The notes under the pieces: model-generated
The model's input: the letters and a program-made list of their open reading frames with translations, nothing else
The model's database searches: none
Told to the model about the DNA's origin: nothing
Shown here: positions 37,730 to 48,064 of the stretch, one piece after another
How positions within the stretch are numbered: the first letter of the stretch is position 1
Layout of the letters: each line of letters begins with the position of its first letter
From: Pseudomonadota bacterium
GTDB lineage: Bacteria > Pseudomonadota > Gammaproteobacteria > Steroidobacterales > Steroidobacteraceae
DNA length: 57,788 nt
Direction of reading: 5' to 3'
Assembly: GCA_041168985.1 (NCBI GenBank)
Contig: JBEEKA010000318.1
Coordinates: 1 to 57,788, forward strand
Made by a program: the position numbers and the translations under genes

Positions 37730-39841
37730 TTGCGCATGGGCATCGGGCATGTGCCTGCCCTACAATGCATGACCAGCACGGAGAACTGCTTGGAAGACAC
37801 CGCCGTACCGATGCTCGTACTGAGCCCGGGTCGCGAAATCGTGGAGGCCATCAACGGCCTGCTGCGTCGGGGTGGCATGGCGGCCCACTGCACCTGGGTG
37901 CCGGGACTTCATGAGCTCGCGGCCTCCCTCGTGGAAAAACGGCCGCATCTCCTGCTGTTCATCGACAAGGGCGAAGATTCCGTCAGTGCCGTCGCCCATC
38001 TGCGCGATCAGGTATCGCCCGGCCTTCCCCTGCTCGTCGTCCGGGACGAGCTCGACGAGACCCAGCTCGCCAGGGACCTGGAGGACGGTGCGAAAGACAG
38101 CGTCAGCTTTGCCGTACCCACCCGTTTCCAGTCCGTCATCGAACGCGAACTGCAGACCCGGCGGATCGAGTCGGCGCTGGACACTACCCTGCGCAATGCG
38201 CGCGATTCACGCCGACAGCTCGAGACGGTACTCAGTCGGTCGAACGACGCGATAGGACAGGTCCAGGAAGGCATCCTCGTCGATGCCAACGCGACGTGGC
38301 TGGAACTCTTTGGATATGACGACGTCGATGACATCGCCGGCCAGCCGATCATGGACCTCGTCGACGAGGAGTCCCAGCCAACGATCCGGGGTGCCCTGAT
38401 CGCCTGCCTGGGCGGACGCTGGTCCGACCACGGCATCACGGTACGCGCCATCGGCAGGGACGGAACGCGATTCCCGCTTGAGTTGAACCTCGCCCTGGGC
38501 GAACGCGACGGGGAATCCTGCATCCGACTCATCGTCCCGGCCCCCAAGCGGGAGGAACGACACCTTGAGGACGACCTCGTCGATGCCGTGCGCTGCAATC
38601 CGCGCACGGGACTGCTGTACCGGCCACCGATGCTGGAGGCTGTGAACGAGCGACTGCATGCGCCGCTGCAGGGCGGCCGTCGCTTCCTTCTTTGCATCCG
38701 TCCCGATCATTTCGCCGGCATCGAACACGACCTGGGCGTAGGTGGCAGCGAGGAATTCATCGAGGCTTTCGCCCGGCTGGTGAAGTCACAACTGTTGCCC
38801 CACGACCTCCTGGGCCATTTCAGCGGCGTCGGACTGATGGCCTTGCTCGAACGTGGCGCGGAACGTGACGCAGAAGCCTGGGCCGAGCGACTCCTTGACC
38901 GATTCCGACGCGAGGAATTCAAGTTCGGCGCGAAGAGCATCAAGGCGACGGTCACGGTGGGTCTTGCATTCGTCCCCACGGCATCCGCCACGGCCGAACT
39001 CATCGCCCAGGACGCGCTGGACGCTTTGCGCCGGGGCCGACAGAACGGCGGCAACCAGCTTTTCGCGTACAACCGACTGGACGGCGACACCCGAGTCCAG
39101 AGTTATGACGCGGTCTGGATCAAGATGATCAAGACGGCGCTGATGGAGAACCGGTTCCGTCTGGTCCTGCAGTCGATCGCGGGGCTTAACGGCCAGGACG
39201 CCCATATGTCCGACGTCCTGATTCGCATGATCGATCCCAGCGGATCGGAAATCCTGCCATCGGAATTCCTGCCGCCGGCCGAAAGGGCGGACATGCTCAA
39301 GAACATCGACCGCTGGGTCATCGGCGCTTCCCTGCAATTGGCGGCCCAGCGAAAGGAAGGAAAACTGTTCATCCGCCTGTCCAGCGCCAGCGTCGTCGAT
39401 CCGACCCTGTTGTCCTGGCTCGATGCACAGATCCGCACAGCACAGGTCAATCCGGACCAGCTGTGCATCCAGATCGCCGAGGACGTCATGCTGGGACACC
39501 TGCAGGAAGTCCGTCGCCTTTCCGATGCCTTGCGCACCCGTGGATTGTCGCTGGCCATCGTCAATTTCGGCGTCAGCGAAAGCGCCGCATCGATGCTGGA
39601 CAGCATCAAGGCCGACTACGTGAAGATCGACGGTTCGCTGCTTCAGGGCCTCAACTCGAATCACATCGCGCAGCAGCGGATCGGCGGCATCGTGGCCGCC
39701 GCGCACGATCGCAAGATTCCGGCCATCGCGGAACGTATCGAGGATGCGAACACGATGGCCGTGCTGTGGCAACTCGGCGTCGATTACGTGCAGGGTTTCT
39801 TCCTGCAACAGCCCGAGGAAGTCGTCCTCGGCGACAACTGA
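37730..39841 (+). CDS. FimX-like multidomain c-di-GMP signalling protein: REC-like - PAS - degenerate GGDEF - degenerate EAL
   Basis: 703-aa track ORF with a TTG start. The true start is probably one of the internal ATGs at 37736, 37769 or 37808. The GGDEF-like domain keeps RTGLLYRP but has SGVGL in place of GGDEF. The EAL-like domain has DVLIR for EALxR, FIRLS for NxS, AIVNFG for DDFG and AERIED for EGVE. It keeps KIDGS and QGFF..P. Confidence 0.8.
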   Translation: MRMGIGHVPALQCMTSTENCLEDTAVPMLVLSPGREIVEAINGLLRRGGMAAHCTWVPGLHELAASLVEKRPHLLLFIDKGEDSVSAVAHLRDQVSPGLPLLVVRDELDETQLARDLEDGAKDSVSFAVPTRFQSVIERELQTRRIESALDTTLRNARDSRRQLETVLSRSNDAIGQVQEGILVDANATWLELFGYDDVDDIAGQPIMDLVDEESQPTIRGALIACLGGRWSDHGITVRAIGRDGTRFPLELNLALGERDGESCIRLIVPAPKREERHLEDDLVDAVRCNPRTGLLYRPPMLEAVNERLHAPLQGGRRFLLCIRPDHFAGIEHDLGVGGSEEFIEAFARLVKSQLLPHDLLGHFSGVGLMALLERGAERDAEAWAERLLDRFRREEFKFGAKSIKATVTVGLAFVPTASATAELIAQDALDALRRGRQNGGNQLFAYNRLDGDTRVQSYDAVWIKMIKTALMENRFRLVLQSIAGLNGQDAHMSDVLIRMIDPSGSEILPSEFLPPAERADMLKNIDRWVIGASLQLAAQRKEGKLFIRLSSASVVDPTLLSWLDAQIRTAQVNPDQLCIQIAEDVMLGHLQEVRRLSDALRTRGLSLAIVNFGVSESAASMLDSIKADYVKIDGSLLQGLNSNHIAQQRIGGIVAAAHDRKIPAIAERIEDANTMAVLWQLGVDYVQGFFLQQPEEVVLGDN

Positions 39842-39852
39842 AACCGGGCGAC

Positions 39853-40239
39853 TCAGCGTCCGCCGCAGCTGCGGGCCAGCACGTCGGCCGTTTCCTCGGC
39901 CGTCAGGGACACCAGTTTCATTTCCAGCTTCCTGCCCGACGCATCGTACTGGTCTTCCTTCAAGGCAGTCGGATCAACCCGGTTTGCCGGACAGTTGGCC
40001 TCTGCGTGGCTCAGCCCGAAGGGCGCGCCCGGCGCGCCCGGCGCGCTGCCCGCCTTGCGGGACTGCAGCGTGATGTAGACCAGGCCGGCATTCACGACGA
40101 TGTGCGCCGTGTCCAGATAGACCACCCTCTCAGCCCCTTCCGGGGTGACGCGCGTCCATTCAGGCGCCACCACCTTCTTGCTGCAGGCGGACAGGCAGAG
40201 CAGCGCTGCACTTACGCAGGCGACATGGCGAAGTCCCAT
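39853..40239 (-). CDS. Hypothetical lipoprotein
   Basis: Trimmed to ATG 40239, which has GGGGAG upstream. The signal peptide plus lipobox reads MGLRHVACVSAALLCLSAC. I recognise no family. The gene starts 43 nt downstream of the PQQ dehydrogenase stop at 40283. Confidence 0.6.
   Translation of the reverse strand: MGLRHVACVSAALLCLSACSKKVVAPEWTRVTPEGAERVVYLDTAHIVVNAGLVYITLQSRKAGSAPGAPGAPFGLSHAEANCPANRVDPTALKEDQYDASGRKLEMKLVSLTAEETADVLARSCGGR
40022..40048. repeat. 9-bp tandem repeat GGCGCGCCC (2 perfect + 1 imperfect copy), in frame within the lipoprotein gene
   Basis: Read directly: ggcgcgccc ggcgcgccc ggcgcgctg. It encodes the (GAP)n stretch SAPGAPGAPFG. Confidence 0.7.
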
Positions 40240-40282
40240 GGACCAACTCCCCGGAAAACAGGTGGGCAACGTGGGCGTGATG

Positions 40283-42526
40283 CTACGGCAACGTCAGGGC
40301 GACGAGTTCGCCGGGCTGGCCCTTCGCACCGACGGCCAGCACGATGTACTGGCGACCCCCGACGGCATAGGTCATCGGCACGCCCGACTGGTTCGCGGGC
40401 AGCACGTATTCGTGCAGCACTTCGCCGGTCAGTTTGTCATGCGCCCTCAACTTGTTGCCACCGCCACCGGGTCGCCACAGGCCACTTCCCTCGCCTGAAA
40501 ACAGAAGGGTCTTCGTGACCAGCAGTCCCACCTGGTCAAAGGAACCCGTGCGCGGGATGTTCAGCCCTGCAAGCGCCGGATTGTCGCGCGCCCACTCAGG
40601 CGTATCCGCGTTCGGCACCATCCAGCGATGCAGGCCGCTGTTGAGGTCGATCGCGGTGATACGGCCCCAGGGTGGTTTCACAAGCGGCAGTCCCTCGGGA
40701 CCGCCCAGCGACCCATTGGGGAACCCTTCCCCATAGGCACCGATGTAGCGCATCTCGGAAAGCTTGGGATCCGACCGGAGTCCGATCGGGCCCACCGTCG
40801 AGAGGGAGCTGACATAGAACGTTCCCGTCTCCGGATCCACGGCACCGCCTGCCCAGTTGGCGCCGCCCGACAGATTCGGTCGGATCAGCGTGCCCAGATT
40901 CCCGCCGTCGACGACGGAAGGCGGTATGAACAAAGGGCCATAGCGGTAGGACTTGATGATCTCGCGCGCCCTGGCCTTGAGCGCGGGCGTGAAGTCGATG
41001 AGGTCCTCATCGCGAAGGCCCTGGGGCTCGAATGGCGCCGGAAGCGTCGGGAATGGCTGCGTGCGCGCAGTTCGCTCGCCCGGCACGTCCGACTGCGGCA
41101 CGGGCCGCTCCTCGATCGGCCAGACCGGCTTGCCCGTGACGCGATCGAATACGAAGGCAAAGCCCTGCTTCGTGACCTGCACGACCGCGGGGATCTTCCG
41201 CCCGGAGACCGTGATGTCGGCCAGCACGGGTGGCGCCGGGAGGTCGAAGTCCCAGACGTCATGGTGGACGGTCTGGAAATGCCAGACCCGCCTGCCCGTC
41301 TTCGCGTCGACGCAGACGAGCGAGTCCGAATACAGGTTGTGGCCGGGGCGGTGCCCGCCGTAAAAATCATGCGTCGCGCCTTCGACCGGCAGGTAGACCA
41401 GTCCACGCGAGGCATCCGCGGTAAAGGGCGTCCAGACGCCGGCATTGCCCGAGTAGCGTTCGCTGCCCTCTTCCCAGCTTTCGCTTCCCTCTTCCCCGGC
41501 TTGCGGGACGGTATGGAACGTCCAGCGCAGCGCACCGGTGCGCACGTCATAGGCGCGGACCCAACCCGGCACCGCGGCCTTTGTCCTGGGTGCTGCGCCA
41601 GCGGCGAACGCCACGCCGACGACAATCACGTCGCCGACGACCACCGGCGGAGAACTGGATCCCGGGGGCATCATGCCGGGATCGTCGACACGCGGCAGGC
41701 CGGACCTGAGGTCGACGATGCCGTCCTGCCCGAAGCCAGGCACGGGTCGCCCGGTCCGGGCGTCGAGCGCGACGAGCTGGAACCCCGGCGTCACTGTCAG
41801 CACGCGGGCCGGTTCTCCCTTCACGTCACTGCGCCAGTACGCTACTCCGCGTCCGGAATTGCGTCGTGGGGCCGCGAGCCCCCTGGCCCCTTCGTCCAGG
41901 CGATACATCCACAGCGTCTCACCGTTCACGGCATCGATCGCCACGACGGTGCGCCGTATTCCGGCCGTCGCGTACAGGACACCGTCCGCCATCAGGGGCG
42001 TCACGCGGTAATAGAACTCCGGGGTAGGCCCGAAGTTCTCGGACTTCCAGCGCCAGGCCACGCGCAACTGCGAAACGTTGTCGCGGTTGATCTGCGCCAA
42101 CGGCGAAAAACTCGTGCTCGCGGCATCGGCACGGTTCGCAAGCCACTCGGTATCGGGAGCCGCCAGTACTCCCGGGACCGCGGCGTGCTCGAAGTCCGCC
42201 GGCAGCACCCAGCCATTCATCCGGAAAATGCGTGCAACGGCCGAGGTGTAATCCGAGTGCGACAGACCACCCGGATTGGTCGGCGGCATGCTGCCCTTGG
42301 CATAGAGGCGCAGCACATCGGCCGGCACACCTTCCCACTTCTTCCGGAAGGACTCGTTGAGCAGCGAAGGACCGGATTCGCCGCCACGCAAGTCGGGTCC
42401 ATGGCAGGCCGCGCAGGTCCGCAGGTAGGCATCGTCCCCGGCAGGCTGCGCCGCCGCGGCGGTGTAGGAGAGCCCGGCGAACACCAGGGCGATGCCGGCT
42501 CGGAGCGACAGGACAACTGGCTTCAT
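40283..42526 (-). CDS. PQQ-dependent dehydrogenase (8-bladed propeller) with N-terminal c-type cytochrome domain (quinohaemoprotein)
   Basis: Trimmed to ATG 42526, which has GGGGGAAG upstream. It has a signal peptide (MKPVVLSLRAGIALVFAGLSYTAAAA) and the haem motif CAACH with a downstream SMPP. PQQ-propeller repeats follow (AIDAVNGETLW, ALDARTGRPV, AYDVRTGALRW, CVDAKTGRRVWHFQTVHHDVWD). Confidence 0.8.
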   Translation of the reverse strand: MKPVVLSLRAGIALVFAGLSYTAAAAQPAGDDAYLRTCAACHGPDLRGGESGPSLLNESFRKKWEGVPADVLRLYAKGSMPPTNPGGLSHSDYTSAVARIFRMNGWVLPADFEHAAVPGVLAAPDTEWLANRADAASTSFSPLAQINRDNVSQLRVAWRWKSENFGPTPEFYYRVTPLMADGVLYATAGIRRTVVAIDAVNGETLWMYRLDEGARGLAAPRRNSGRGVAYWRSDVKGEPARVLTVTPGFQLVALDARTGRPVPGFGQDGIVDLRSGLPRVDDPGMMPPGSSSPPVVVGDVIVVGVAFAAGAAPRTKAAVPGWVRAYDVRTGALRWTFHTVPQAGEEGSESWEEGSERYSGNAGVWTPFTADASRGLVYLPVEGATHDFYGGHRPGHNLYSDSLVCVDAKTGRRVWHFQTVHHDVWDFDLPAPPVLADITVSGRKIPAVVQVTKQGFAFVFDRVTGKPVWPIEERPVPQSDVPGERTARTQPFPTLPAPFEPQGLRDEDLIDFTPALKARAREIIKSYRYGPLFIPPSVVDGGNLGTLIRPNLSGGANWAGGAVDPETGTFYVSSLSTVGPIGLRSDPKLSEMRYIGAYGEGFPNGSLGGPEGLPLVKPPWGRITAIDLNSGLHRWMVPNADTPEWARDNPALAGLNIPRTGSFDQVGLLVTKTLLFSGEGSGLWRPGGGGNKLRAHDKLTGEVLHEYVLPANQSGVPMTYAVGGRQYIVLAVGAKGQPGELVALTLP

Positions 42527-42548
42527 GCTTCCCCCTGGACGGCCTGCC

Positions 42549-44801
42549 TCACTGCACTTCGAGGCGATCCACCTTGCGGTAATTGCGCGACAGCATCGCG
42601 CCCCGCTGCGCACGTTCGCCGCGGTACTCGTCGAGCTGACTGAACGTCAACGTCATCGGTCGCTCGCCACACCATACGACGAGCTTCTGGCCCGGCGCCA
42701 CGACGGCCACCGCGATCATGAGCTCCTCGCGCGACTCCGCCTTCTTCGTCGGAATGCCGAAGACCTTGTTGCCCTTACCCTTCGGCATTTCAGGCAGGTC
42801 GGCCACCGGGAACACCAACAACCGACCTTCGCTGTTCACCGCGGCGACGACGCAGCCATCGGCGGCAGGCACGGGCACGGGCGGCAGGACCAGCGCGCCA
42901 TCGGTCACCTTCAGAACGGCCTTGCCCGCGCGATTGCGCGAATGCAGTTCGCCCAGCCGTACCGTGAAGCCGTAGCCGGCATCCGTCGACAGGAGCCAGA
43001 GATCCTGCGGATCGCCGATGGCAAGGCCCGCGAACTTCGCGCCATCCGGCGGATCCAGTCGACCCGACAGAGGCTCGCCCTGCCCGCGCGCGGACGGCAG
43101 GGTATGGGCCATCAGGCTGTAGGTGCGGCCGGTACTGTCGACGAACACGGCGAACTGGGTACTGCGCCCGCGGACCGCGGCCAGGTAGCCGTCACCTGCC
43201 TTGTACGACAGCGAGCGCGGATCGATTTCATGGCCCTTCGCGGCGCGCACGAATCCGCCGGTGGACAGCACGACCGTCACCGGTTCGTTGGCGACCAGAT
43301 CCGCTTCCTCGATCGCCTGCGCCGCTTCGCGCTCGACGATCTTCGAACGCCTCTCGTCGCCGAATTCCTTCGCGTCCGCCGTCAGCTCGTCCCGGACGAG
43401 ACCCCGGAGTTTCTGCTGGCTCGACAACAGCGCGACGATGCCATCGCGTTCCGTAGCAAGTTCCGCCTGCTCCTCGCGGATCTTCATCTCCTCGAGCTTC
43501 GCCAGATGGCGCAGCTTGGTCTCGAGGATCATTTCCGCCTGTTCCTCGCTTAGCTCGAAGCGTGCGATCAGTTTCTGCTTCGGCTCATCCTCGGTGCGGA
43601 TGATGCGGATCACCTCGTCGAGATTGAGATAGACGATCAGCAGTCCGTCGAGCAGGTGCAACCGGCGGTTGACCTTGTCGAGCCGGAAGTTGAGCCGGCG
43701 CGTCACGGTTTCGAGCCTGAACTCGAGCCACTGCGACAGCAGGGCCTTGAGCCCCATCACCTTCGGCCTGCCGTCCAGGCCGATGATGTTCAGGTTCACG
43801 CGATAGCTGCGCTCGAGGTCCGTCGTCGCGAAAAGATGCGCCATCAGCTGTTCGGTATCCACGCGGTTCGACCGCGGGATGATGACGATGCGGACCGGAT
43901 TCTCGTGGTCCGATTCGTCACGGATGTCATCCACCATCGGCAGTTTCTTGTCGCGCACCTGCTGCGCGATCTGCTCCTGCAACTTGGAGCCGGAAACCTG
44001 GTGGGGAAGCGTCGTGATGACGATGTTGCCGGTTTCCTCGTCGATCTCCCAAGTGGCACGGGCCCGGTAGCTGCCGGTTCCGTTCTCGTAGAAAGCCGCC
44101 AGTTCGCTGCGCGGGGAGACGATCTCCGCGCCGGTCGGAAGGTCCGGACCCTTGACGAACTTCATCAACTGCTTCGTCGTCGCCTCCGGCTCGTCGAGCA
44201 GGTAGATGCAGGCATTGGCGACTTCGCGCAGGTTGTGGGGCGGCACGTCGGTGGCCATGCCGACCGCGATGCCGGAAGTACCGTTCAGCAGCAGGTTGGG
44301 CAGTCGCGCCGGGAGGATCAGGGGTTCCTCCAGCGTACCGTCGAAGTTGGGTCCGAAGTCGACGGTGCCCGCGTCGATCTCGCCCAGCAGCACCTCGGCG
44401 TAGCGCGTCAGCCGCGCCTCCGTGTAACGCATGGCGGCGAAGGACTTCGGATCGTCGGTCGAACCCCAGTTGCCCTGGCCGTCCACGATCGGATACCGGT
44501 AGGTGAACGGCTGCGCCATGTGGACCATGGCCTCGTAACAGGCGGAGTCACCATGCGGATGGAACTTGCCGATCACGTCGCCGACCGTTCGGGCCGACTT
44601 CTTGTGCTTGTTCTGCGCCGAGAGCGACAGCTCGCTCATCGCGTAGATGATGCGGCGCTGCACGGGCTTCAGGCCGTCGCCGAGCGCAGGCAGCGCGCGG
44701 TCGAGGATCACGTACATCGAATAGTCGAGGTACGCCTTCTCGGTAAAGCTGCGGAGCGTCTGTCGCTCGACGCCCTCGAAATTGAGTTCCAGGTCTTGCA
44801 C
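42549..44801 (-). CDS. parC: DNA topoisomerase IV subunit A
   Basis: 750 aa. Motifs are [27 protein letters not shown] and the active-site AAMRYTE. It follows parE. Confidence 0.95.
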   Translation of the reverse strand: MQDLELNFEGVERQTLRSFTEKAYLDYSMYVILDRALPALGDGLKPVQRRIIYAMSELSLSAQNKHKKSARTVGDVIGKFHPHGDSACYEAMVHMAQPFTYRYPIVDGQGNWGSTDDPKSFAAMRYTEARLTRYAEVLLGEIDAGTVDFGPNFDGTLEEPLILPARLPNLLLNGTSGIAVGMATDVPPHNLREVANACIYLLDEPEATTKQLMKFVKGPDLPTGAEIVSPRSELAAFYENGTGSYRARATWEIDEETGNIVITTLPHQVSGSKLQEQIAQQVRDKKLPMVDDIRDESDHENPVRIVIIPRSNRVDTEQLMAHLFATTDLERSYRVNLNIIGLDGRPKVMGLKALLSQWLEFRLETVTRRLNFRLDKVNRRLHLLDGLLIVYLNLDEVIRIIRTEDEPKQKLIARFELSEEQAEMILETKLRHLAKLEEMKIREEQAELATERDGIVALLSSQQKLRGLVRDELTADAKEFGDERRSKIVEREAAQAIEEADLVANEPVTVVLSTGGFVRAAKGHEIDPRSLSYKAGDGYLAAVRGRSTQFAVFVDSTGRTYSLMAHTLPSARGQGEPLSGRLDPPDGAKFAGLAIGDPQDLWLLSTDAGYGFTVRLGELHSRNRAGKAVLKVTDGALVLPPVPVPAADGCVVAAVNSEGRLLVFPVADLPEMPKGKGNKVFGIPTKKAESREELMIAVAVVAPGQKLVVWCGERPMTLTFSQLDEYRGERAQRGAMLSRNYRKVDRLEVQ

Positions 44802-44814
44802 TGTCGCGGACTCC

Positions 44815-46707
44815 TCAGACCTGCACGTCGGCCAGGTTGCCCTTCTGCTCGAGCCACTCGCGGCGATCGGCAGAACGTTTCTTGGCCAGCAGCATGTCCA
44901 TCAACCTGTCGGTGTCATCGGCCGCGTCGACAGTCAGCTGCACCAGCCGGCGGGTGGCCGGATCCATGGTCGTTTCGCGCAGCTGCACGGGTGACATCTC
45001 GCCCAGGCCCTTGAAGCGCGTGACGACGGGCTTCGAACGGTTCTTGCTCTCGGCGAGCTGGTGCAGGAACGCATCCCGCTCCGAGTCATCCAGCGCGTAG
45101 TGGACCTGCTTGCCGGCGTCGATGCGGTACAGCGGAGGCATCGCGACGAACACGTGCCCCCCCGTCACCAGTGGCCTGAAATGCCGCAGGAACAGCGCGC
45201 ACAACAGCGTGGCGATGTGCTGTCCGTCGGAATCGGCGTCGGCAAGGATGCAGATCTTGTTGTAACGCAGGTCCGACACGTCGGCCGACCCCGGATCGAC
45301 ACCGATCGCGATACTGATGTTGTGCACTTCCTCGGAGGACGCCACCTGGCCATGCTCCAGCTCCCAGGTGTTGAGGATCTTGCCTCGCAGGGGCATGACC
45401 GCCTGGATATTGCGGTCGCGGGCTTGCCGCGCCGAGCCGCCGGCCGAGTCACCCTCGACCAGGAAGAGTTCCGAACGTTTCGGGTCCTGGCTGGTGCAGT
45501 CGGCAAGCTTGCCCGGCAACGCCGGACCGGACACCGCCTTCTTGCGCGTGACGCGCTGTGCGGCCTTCAGGCGCTCCTGCGCGTTGGCGATTGCGAACTG
45601 CGCGATACCCTCGCCCGCATCCGGGTGCTGGTTCAGCCACAGCGCCGTGGCGTCCCGCGCATAACCTTCGACGAGGGCCGCGGCTTCGCGCGAACCCAGG
45701 CGTTCCTTGGTCTGGCCGGCGAACTGCGGCTCGCGCATCTTCATCGACAGCACGAACGAGACGCCGCTCCAGATATCCTCGGGCGAGAGCTTCACACCCC
45801 GCGGCAGGAGATTGCGGAACTCCGCGAACTCGCGGATGGCCGCGCAGACGCCGCCACGCAGGCCGTTGACGTGCGTGCCACCGCCCGACGTCGGGATGAG
45901 ATTCACGTAGCTTTCGGACACGGCCTGCGGCAGGTCCGGCGCCCAGGCCATCGCCCACTCGACCGAATCCTGCGCCGAGCCCATCTTGCCGGTCAGCGGC
46001 TCCTTCGGCATGCGCTCGACATTGCCCATCGCCTCGAGCAGGTATTCGGACAGCGCGCCGGTGTAGAACCACTCTTCCTTGTCGCCCGTGTTCTCGTTCT
46101 CGAAGCGCATGCGCAGGCCGGGGCAGAGCACGGCCTTGGCCTTGAGCGTGTGGCGCAGGTCGGAGACGAGGAACTTGTCGCTGTCGAAGAACTTGCCGTC
46201 CGGCAGGAAGCGCACGGTGGTGCCTGTGTTGGCCTTGCCGACCGTGCCGATTTCCTTGAGCTTCGAGGTCAGGTTCCCGTCCTGGAACCCGATGTGGTAC
46301 TCCTTGCCGCCGCGACGGACCGTGCAGTCCAACTGCTTCGACAGCGCATTCACCACGGACACGCCGACGCCATGCAGGCCGCCGGAGAATCCATAGGCGT
46401 TGTCGGAGAACTTTCCGCCGGCGTGCAGGCGAGTCAGGATCAGCTCGACACCGCTGACCTTTTCAACCGGGTGGATATCCACGGGCATGCCGCGGCCGTT
46501 GTCGGCCACGGACAGTCCGCCATCCTTGTGAAGCGTGACCGAGATTTCGGTGCAGTGGCCGCCCAGGGCCTCGTCGACGCTGTTGTCGATGACTTCATGG
46601 GCGAGGTGGTTGGGTCGCGTCGTCTCGGTGTACATGCCGGGACGGCGGCGGACCGGATCGAGTCCGGACAGGACCTCGATGTCGGATGCGCTGTAACTCG
46701 GGGACAT
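44815..46707 (-). CDS. parE: DNA topoisomerase IV subunit B
   Basis: 630 aa. It has GHKL ATPase motifs ([24 protein letters not shown]) and Toprim motifs ([16 protein letters not shown]). At 630 aa it has ParE length rather than GyrB length. Confidence 0.95.
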   Translation of the reverse strand: MSPSYSASDIEVLSGLDPVRRRPGMYTETTRPNHLAHEVIDNSVDEALGGHCTEISVTLHKDGGLSVADNGRGMPVDIHPVEKVSGVELILTRLHAGGKFSDNAYGFSGGLHGVGVSVVNALSKQLDCTVRRGGKEYHIGFQDGNLTSKLKEIGTVGKANTGTTVRFLPDGKFFDSDKFLVSDLRHTLKAKAVLCPGLRMRFENENTGDKEEWFYTGALSEYLLEAMGNVERMPKEPLTGKMGSAQDSVEWAMAWAPDLPQAVSESYVNLIPTSGGGTHVNGLRGGVCAAIREFAEFRNLLPRGVKLSPEDIWSGVSFVLSMKMREPQFAGQTKERLGSREAAALVEGYARDATALWLNQHPDAGEGIAQFAIANAQERLKAAQRVTRKKAVSGPALPGKLADCTSQDPKRSELFLVEGDSAGGSARQARDRNIQAVMPLRGKILNTWELEHGQVASSEEVHNISIAIGVDPGSADVSDLRYNKICILADADSDGQHIATLLCALFLRHFRPLVTGGHVFVAMPPLYRIDAGKQVHYALDDSERDAFLHQLAESKNRSKPVVTRFKGLGEMSPVQLRETTMDPATRRLVQLTVDAADDTDRLMDMLLAKKRSADRREWLEQKGNLADVQV

Positions 46708-46785
46708 TCAGGCTCGGAGGGGGAACGCCGCGGACGCGCGGCGGCCGAAACTCTAGTCGCGCCCCCGGGGAGGGTCAAATCAGCA

Positions 46786-46813
46786 TTGAAATCGCCCGGC
46801 CGGCCTGTATAAC
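46786..46813 (+). promoter_or_regulatory. Candidate sigma70 promoter for xseB-ispA-dxs
   Basis: TTGAAA (46786-46791), a 16-nt spacer, then TATAAC (46808-46813). It lies about 50 nt upstream of the xseB ATG. This is a pattern match only. Confidence 0.35.
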
Positions 46814-46861
46814 GTCGCCACCTCCCGCAATCCGGGCTACCGCCCTCACGGACCCCCCTCC

Positions 46862-47131
46862 ATGGCGCGAAAACCTCAGGCCGAATCGCCGTCATCGCCC
46901 GATTTCGAGACCTCGCTCGGGGAACTTGAGACGCTCGTGGAACGGCTCGAGCGGGGCGACCTCCCGCTCGAGGACGCGCTGAAGGATTTCGAACGCGGCG
47001 TCCAGCTGACGCGGCAGTGCCAGGGCGCCCTGTCCGACGCCCAGAGGAAGGTGGAGGTCCTGCTGAAGGAAGGCGGCGAAACGCGCACCCGGCCCTTTGC
47101 GGACGGCGCAGCGGAGGAGACCGATGACTGA
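46862..47131 (+). CDS. xseB: Exodeoxyribonuclease VII small subunit
   Basis: 89 aa. It has FETSLGELETLVERLERGDLPLEDALKDFERGVQL, which is typical of XseB. Confidence 0.92.
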   Translation: MARKPQAESPSSPDFETSLGELETLVERLERGDLPLEDALKDFERGVQLTRQCQGALSDAQRKVEVLLKEGGETRTRPFADGAAEETDD

Positions 47132-48035
47132 CGGTTCCCAGAACGCCGGCATCGCCGAAGACATCCGCCGGCACCAGATCCGCATCGAAACCGTGCTGGA
47201 CCGGGTCCTGCAGCTTCCGGAGCCCGGCACCGTCCGCCTTCTGGAGGCGATGCGCTACAGCGTTCTGGGCGGTGGCAAGCGCCTTCGCCCGGTGCTCGTG
47301 TACTGCACGGGCGAAGCGCTGGGCGCCCGCCCGGAAGCGCTGGATGCAACCGCGGCTGCCGTCGAACTGATCCACGCGTACAGCCTCGTCCATGACGACC
47401 TGCCCGCCATGGACAATGACGACCTGCGCCGGGGTCGACCGACCTGCCACAAGGCCTTCGACGAAGGGACTGCCATGCTGGCCGGCGACGCATTGCAGGC
47501 GCTCGCCTTCGACGTACTGGCCTCGGACCCCGATCCGGGCATGGGCGCCGACGCCCGCCTGCAGTCGCTCCGGATCCTGGCCCATGGCATCGGGACAGCC
47601 GGCATGGCCGGTGGCCAGGCCATCGACCTGGAGGCCGTAGGCCATCGACTGGATATCGCCCGCCTGGAGGAGATGCACCGCCGCAAGACCGGTGCGCTCA
47701 TCAAAGCCAGCGTCCTGATGGGCGCGGTCGCCGCCGGCGTCACGCGCGGACCAGAGTTCGCCGCGCTGGACCGGTTCGGTACGGAGCTCGGCCTGGCATT
47801 CCAGATCCAGGACGACATCCTCGACGTGGAAGGCGACGTGGCAACGCTGGGCAAGGCCGTCGGAGCGGACGCCGCGCTCGAAAAGCCCACCTATCCGAGC
47901 CTGCTGGGCATGGATCGGGCGCGTGAACTCGCGCGTCAGGCGCGGGACCGGGCCCTCGAAAGCCTGGCGGTTCTCGGCAGCCGGGGCGCTGCCCTGGCCC
48001 GGCTTGCCCACTTCGTGGTCGACCGCCGGCACTGA
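47124..48035 (+). CDS. ispA: (2E,6E)-farnesyl diphosphate synthase
   Basis: Trimmed to ATG 47124, which has GGAGGA upstream and overlaps the xseB stop by 8 nt. Motifs are the FARM LVHDDLPAMDNDDLRRG and the SARM FQIQDDILD. Confidence 0.92.
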   Translation: MTDGSQNAGIAEDIRRHQIRIETVLDRVLQLPEPGTVRLLEAMRYSVLGGGKRLRPVLVYCTGEALGARPEALDATAAAVELIHAYSLVHDDLPAMDNDDLRRGRPTCHKAFDEGTAMLAGDALQALAFDVLASDPDPGMGADARLQSLRILAHGIGTAGMAGGQAIDLEAVGHRLDIARLEEMHRRKTGALIKASVLMGAVAAGVTRGPEFAALDRFGTELGLAFQIQDDILDVEGDVATLGKAVGADAALEKPTYPSLLGMDRARELARQARDRALESLAVLGSRGAALARLAHFVVDRRH

Positions 48036-48064
48036 GTCGGCGATACAGCGTGTAAACTGCCGGC

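Noticed and set aside
40628-42643. 671-aa plus-strand ORF antisense to the PQQ dehydrogenase
   Set aside because: It is a shadow ORF. The minus frame has CxxCH and repeated propeller motifs.
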